Assembly (NCBI RefSeq): GCF_036321535.1
Contig: NC_087437.1
Coordinates: forward strand, 71,550,001 to 71,614,000
Reading direction: 5' to 3'
Source of the DNA: Camelus dromedarius
Lineage: Eukaryota
DNA: 64,000 nt
In this document: positions 63,201 to 64,000 of the stretch, one piece after another
How the letters are laid out: each line of letters begins with the position of its first letter
How positions within the stretch are numbered: position 1 is the first letter of the stretch
Program-made: the position numbers and the translations under genes
The notes under the pieces: model-generated
The model's input: only the letters and a program-made list of their open reading frames with translations
Database searches by the model: none
What the model was told of the DNA's origin: nothing

Positions 63201-63923
63201 TTGATTTCAAGGATGGAAGTGCAAGGAGGAGGGAATAGTCATTAGTTTTTGCACAAAGGACAAAGCCGTATAACGATATTACTTTCAACCTATGAACATT
63301 CCTAACCGGAAGGAGAAAACTTCCAGTTCCTTAGTATTAATGATAAAAAATAAAAAATAGCTTAAGATCTTCCTTCAGAAGAGTGGCACTGGTGAGTAAC
63401 ACAAAAGCACCCGTCACCAATGCCTCTTGCTTGGACGACGGAGAAGACAGGGCCCTGACAGAGAGGACAGGGCCCTCACAGACCCTGGGAAACAGATACA
63501 CCTCTGAGGTCAGACACCCTTCCCCTCTCCTCCAGCCCCCTGCTGCCTCCCCACTGCACGGAGTAAGGCCCTGCCGCCCAGCTGGGAGCAGCAGCATTCA
63601 GAACGTGCTAAGACAATATGCTACGCGGATGAATTCCTTCTTGAGAGTTGATCTGGAAAGAAGGTAGGAAGCAAGGCAGCTGAAGTGCGCATGCGCAAGC
63701 GCAGGACGTGCTGACAAGCGAACAGAGAAAAGCTGCAAGGAGTCCCGCTTACTGCAGCTGGAAGTGCTTGATCCTGGTAACCAGCAGTTTGTAGTAGGCA
63801 CCCAGGGGCGCCATGGATGCTACATCCACAAAGATCAGTTGCTCCAGAGGTCCTGTCTCGTTGGTTGCTTCCGAGGGACACAAGGTGCGGCTCACTTCCT
63901 GGTAGCTGTAGCTCCTCTGGTAT
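8629..63923 (-). CDS. SIDT1: SIDT1, multi-exon CDS, exons 3-25 (5'-partial; exons 1-2 outside window)
   Basis: 23 exons with canonical GT-AG ends and matching phases sum to 2140 nt (1 nt + 712 codons + TAA). The translation runs [25 protein letters not shown]...[10 protein letters not shown] and matches mammalian SIDT1 as I recall it, including the SACYH and HDIWH metal-site motifs. Confidence 0.98.
8845..9160 (-). mobile_element. L2 3'-end fragment
   Basis: tcatttattagttaattcaaatattaatcaagggtctattatgtg...gacatttgggtcagagcctaaag. Confidence 0.55.
9327..9345 (+). promoter_or_regulatory. Strong CTCF motif in the last SIDT1 intron
   Basis: TGGCCACTAGGGGGCAGCC matches the CTCF core consensus. 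Confidence 0.7.
10040..10153 (-). CDS. SIDT1: SIDT1 exon 24 (114 nt)
   Basis: [40 protein letters not shown] acceptor, gtgagt donor. Confidence 0.96.
10275..10705 (+). mobile_element. L1MB-type 3' fragment
   Basis: gtccacacaaaaa...cccaaatgtccatcagctgatgaa...tctggggtgattaaaatattctaaagttgactgtggtgatg. Confidence 0.8.
11042..11158 (-). mobile_element. Vic-1-like SINE with target-site duplication
   Basis: SINE body 11075-11155, flanked by the direct repeat taaaaccatccc at 11030-11041 and 11159-11170. Confidence 0.9.
11304..11414 (-). CDS. SIDT1: SIDT1 exon 23 (111 nt)
   Basis: [39 protein letters not shown] acceptor, gtaaga donor. Confidence 0.96.
11499..11604 (-). CDS. SIDT1: SIDT1 exon 22 (106 nt)
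   Basis: [37 protein letters not shown] acceptor, gtaaga donor. Confidence 0.96.
12268..12446. mobile_element. MER3/MER33-like hAT MITE
   Basis: tccaatatggtagtcac...cacatttcaagtgctcaatagccacaagtggcta...cagaaagttctactgg. Confidence 0.7.
14357..14403 (-). CDS. SIDT1: SIDT1 exon 21 (47 nt)
   Basis: [18 protein letters not shown] acceptor, gtaagt donor. Confidence 0.95.
15065..15910 (+). mobile_element. L1MC-type 3' fragment
   Basis: ORF2 end and 3' UTR consensus (ccaaaacttggaagcaacc, ggtatatgggaaatctctg) ending in an A-tail. Confidence 0.85.
16395..16479 (-). mobile_element. Vic-1-like SINE
   Basis: tactgggaattgaacccaggacctcatgcacgttaagcatgcgctctaccactgagctatacccc. Confidence 0.9.
16983..17059 (-). 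CDS. SIDT1: SIDT1 exon 20 (77 nt)
   Basis: [28 protein letters not shown] acceptor, gtacgt donor. Confidence 0.96.
18093..18107 (-). CDS. SIDT1: SIDT1 alternative 15-nt microexon (adds GSDTD)
   Basis: Minus strand reads attcag|ATGGGTCTGACACAG|gtaacg with a long polypyrimidine tract upstream; phase 1/1, so it is in frame between exons 19 and 20. Confidence 0.85.
20896..21004 (-). CDS. SIDT1: SIDT1 exon 19 (109 nt)
   Basis: [38 protein letters not shown] acceptor, gtgagt donor. Confidence 0.96.
21471..21560 (+). mobile_element. Vic-1-like SINE with target-site duplication
   Basis: gggtatagctcagtggtagagtgcatgcttag...; flanks aaaaatagtagctaaa and aaaaatgctagctaaa. Confidence 0.9.
21721..21857 (-). 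CDS. SIDT1: SIDT1 exon 18 (137 nt)
   Basis: [48 protein letters not shown] acceptor, gtgcgt donor. Confidence 0.96.
22285..23025 (+). mobile_element. Old L1ME-type 3' fragment
   Basis: Degenerate L1 ORF2-end and 3' UTR consensus. Confidence 0.65.
23120..23752. mobile_element. MLT1 (MaLR) LTR
   Basis: gccatttttgccaccatgagggaagacagcctgaggataaa...ccagtttggattgggttttct. Confidence 0.7.
24063..24180 (-). CDS. SIDT1: SIDT1 exon 17 (118 nt)
   Basis: [41 protein letters not shown] acceptor, gtaatt donor. Confidence 0.96.
24383..24506 (-). CDS. SIDT1: SIDT1 exon 16 (124 nt)
   Basis: [43 protein letters not shown] acceptor, gtgagg donor. Confidence 0.96.
25473..25546 (-). CDS. SIDT1: SIDT1 exon 15 (74 nt)
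   Basis: [27 protein letters not shown] acceptor, gtgagc donor. Confidence 0.96.
26022..26156 (+). mobile_element. Vic-1-like SINE
   Basis: atagctcagtggtagagtgcg...ggttcaatccttagtacctccac followed by an A-rich tail. Confidence 0.9.
26303..26476. mobile_element. MER5A-like hAT MITE
   Basis: tctcagacttggctgtccactggaatcactgggagctt...gcagcaaagtttgagagctattg-type ends. Confidence 0.75.
27113..27179 (-). CDS. SIDT1: SIDT1 exon 14 (67 nt)
   Basis: [24 protein letters not shown] acceptor, gtaagt donor. Confidence 0.96.
28173..28246 (-). CDS. SIDT1: SIDT1 exon 13 (74 nt)
   Basis: [27 protein letters not shown] acceptor, gtgagt donor. Confidence 0.96.
28851..28950 (+). mobile_element. Very short L1 3'-UTR insertion with A-tail and target-site duplication
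   Basis: ggacctatagcacagggaactgtattcaatttcttgt followed by an A-rich tail; flanked by gccccctggg at 28841-28850 and 28951-28960. Confidence 0.85.
29071..29216 (-). CDS. SIDT1: SIDT1 exon 12 (146 nt)
   Basis: [51 protein letters not shown] acceptor, gtacct donor. Confidence 0.96.
30567..30638 (-). CDS. SIDT1: SIDT1 exon 11 (72 nt)
   Basis: [26 protein letters not shown] acceptor, gtattt donor. Confidence 0.95.
   Translation of the reverse strand, partial: ALEICRRHIPLLPAPLKEAIMGQ
30765..31105. mobile_element. MER58-like hAT MITE
   Basis: gcaggccaaatc...gaaacacagccacgctcatt...tatttggcactttacaaaaaa...ttgctgattccc. Confidence 0.75.
31743..32139 (-). mobile_element. Cetartiodactyl-type L1 3' end
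   Basis: T-tail followed by aattgaaatatagttgatttacaata...gttccctgtgctatacagtaggtcc. Confidence 0.9.
33084..33500. repeat. Trinucleotide-based minisatellite, dominant 12-mer ACTACTACTGTC / ACTACTGCTGTC
   Basis: Direct reading; about 415 bp. Confidence 0.95.
33500..33680 (-). mobile_element. MIR SINE
   Basis: gctaatgtttat...cttactgtgtgtcag...aaccctctgaggtgggtact...gtcaagtaatttgcccagagt. Confidence 0.75.
33731..34245 (+). mobile_element. Cetartiodactyl-type L1 3' fragment
   Basis: caacctaaatgtccatcgacagatgagtggataaagaag...ggacctactgtatagcacagggaac. Confidence 0.9.
37229..37454. mobile_element. MER20 hAT MITE
   Basis: cagtgattctcaactggggg...aatgtctggagatatttttagttgtcac...tgaggaaccctg. Confidence 0.8.
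37490..37845. mobile_element. MLT1 (MaLR) LTR fragment
   Basis: gtgactggttta...ctctaggccaatgaaacatgagagaggt...ttgtcacttgcagcc. Confidence 0.65.
38605..38878 (+). mobile_element. L1MA-type 3' end
   Basis: cttccagttataaaagataagtcctggggatgtaat...tcaattatatctcaatt. Confidence 0.8.
39478..39521 (-). CDS. SIDT1: SIDT1 exon 10 (44 nt)
   Basis: [14 protein letters not shown]; ttgcag acceptor, gtaaga donor. Confidence 0.95.
39640..41655. mobile_element. Nested L1 cluster: minus-strand L1MB-like element with an internal MLT1 piece at about 41065-41250, inside a plus-strand L1 fragment
   Basis: Recognisable L1 3' UTR and ORF2 antisense consensus; MLT1 piece ataaggacccttgtgattacac...cacaggttctg...attctgtctactata. 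Confidence 0.8.
41905..42220 (+). mobile_element. L2 3' fragment
   Basis: ggctggctccttcttgccattcagatct...tgtaagctc...aatatttgttgagtaa. Confidence 0.65.
42520..43000. mobile_element. MLT1 (MaLR) LTR
   Basis: gtggagtctatatcttcacctcttgaatctggactggcc...tatgcagcactattatggcaatagataactaataca. Confidence 0.8.
43945..44180 (+). mobile_element. MIR SINE
   Basis: ttaagagctaaggctctggagccaggctgcctgggttcaaatccc. Confidence 0.8.
44270..45310 (-). mobile_element. L1MC4/5-type 3' fragment
   Basis: aactttttatttgaaaataatttcaaatctacagaaaag...ggtgctcaaattgtcccagat. Confidence 0.7.
46055..46210 (-). mobile_element. MIR SINE
   Basis: ctatgaggta...cattttacagatgaggaaac...gttaagtaacttccccaagatcacac. Confidence 0.8.
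46265..46358 (-). CDS. SIDT1: SIDT1 exon 9 (94 nt; first transmembrane helix)
   Basis: [33 protein letters not shown] acceptor, gtatgt donor. Confidence 0.95.
46773..46844 (-). CDS. SIDT1: SIDT1 exon 8 (72 nt)
   Basis: [26 protein letters not shown] acceptor, gtcagt donor. Confidence 0.94.
48086..48173 (-). CDS. SIDT1: SIDT1 exon 7 (88 nt)
   Basis: [31 protein letters not shown] acceptor, gtaagc donor. Confidence 0.96.
49063..49246 (+). mobile_element. 5'-truncated cetartiodactyl L1 3' end with 13-bp target-site duplication
   Basis: ggacctactgtgtagcacaggg...acattgtaaatcaact followed by an A-tail; agaaaattaaagc at 49050-49062 and 49247-49259. Confidence 0.92.
50010..50093 (-). CDS. SIDT1: SIDT1 exon 6 (84 nt)
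   Basis: [30 protein letters not shown] acceptor, gtaaga donor. Confidence 0.96.
50712..50813 (-). CDS. SIDT1: SIDT1 exon 5 (102 nt)
   Basis: [36 protein letters not shown] acceptor, gtgagt donor. Confidence 0.96.
52948..53148. mobile_element. MER63-like hAT-Blackjack MITE
   Basis: atcggccatggtggaggtatttacactgcagaaatgggcaaacgctacaaatcagggc...gttgttaaatatttaccagc. Confidence 0.8.
53975..54020 (-). CDS. SIDT1: SIDT1 exon 4 (46 nt)
   Basis: [15 protein letters not shown]; tctcag acceptor, gtaagt donor. Confidence 0.95.
56800..58560 (+). mobile_element. Fragmented L2 elements
   Basis: ggctaaatccagtgac...catttgacactgacaaccactccctc; ctcaaactc...caaagtggaa; gcttaaaatcctttagtggctccc. Confidence 0.65.
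57210..57244. repeat. (AC)n microsatellite, about 17 units
   Basis: Direct reading. Confidence 0.95.
60210..62390 (-). mobile_element. Degenerate L1M fragments with an inserted MER58-like piece (about 61420-61580)
   Basis: tttgtctggcttcttttgctcagcattgtatttgtgagattta; gcagccagagacaatatgtaaatgaatggg...ccaataaaactttatttataaaaac. Confidence 0.7.
60251..60338 (+). mobile_element. Polyadenylated LTR R-region fragment inserted into L1
   Basis: gagttggttcttggacacaagtccaccttctccccagttgccagcctcctgAATAAAgcacctttctttccaacc followed by A9. Confidence 0.6.
62393..62457. repeat. Compound (CA)n-TA-(TG)n-(TA)n microsatellite
   Basis: Direct reading. Confidence 0.9.
63686..63697. promoter_or_regulatory. Perfect palindromic NRF1 motif in SIDT1 intron 3
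   Basis: TGCGCATGCGCA. Confidence 0.6.
63753..63923 (-). CDS. SIDT1: SIDT1 exon 3 (171 nt)
   Basis: [57 protein letters not shown]; ctgcag acceptor, gtaagc donor. Confidence 0.96.
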
Positions 63924-64000
63924 CTGCAGCAGCCAAACGAGGGTAAAACCAGCCAGAAGTAGAAAGAGACTCCATGAACAAGCAGGGAAAGAAACACCTC

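Noticed and set aside
63383..63946. Plus-strand ORFs near the right edge
   Set aside because: Antisense shadows of SIDT1 exon 3 and GC-rich flank; no independent coding evidence.
1..64000. CRISPR arrays, rRNA genes or prokaryotic systems
   Set aside because: The sequence is mammalian intron-exon DNA; no repeat-spacer arrays or rRNA-like segments were seen.

Overview
Mammalian genomic DNA, most likely camelid: it carries several copies of a tRNA-derived SINE resembling camelid Vic-1 and cetartiodactyl-type L1 3' ends. The window is dominated by the SIDT1 gene (SID-1 transmembrane family member 1) on the minus strand. I traced coding exons 3-25 by hand from 63923 down to the TAA stop at 8629. 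All introns are GT-AG, the phases are consistent, and the 2140 coding nt form an intact frame. Exon numbers follow the human gene as I recall it; exons 1-2 lie beyond the right edge. A roughly 1.8 kb 3' UTR probably ends near 6830. The rest is intronic or intergenic DNA rich in old and lineage-specific repeats. The most notable extras are: a 15-nt frame-preserving microexon with an SRRM4-type UGC element; a CpG-rich solo LTR with promoter motifs and plausible splice and poly(A) signals facing the SIDT1 3' end; a polyadenylated LTR fragment apparently retroposed into an L1; a MaLR-derived segment matching my recollection of human MIR4446; and a 400-bp minisatellite at a MIR tail. I found no convincing wholly new biological system. 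Repeat family names come from recognition of consensus sequences, not from a search.
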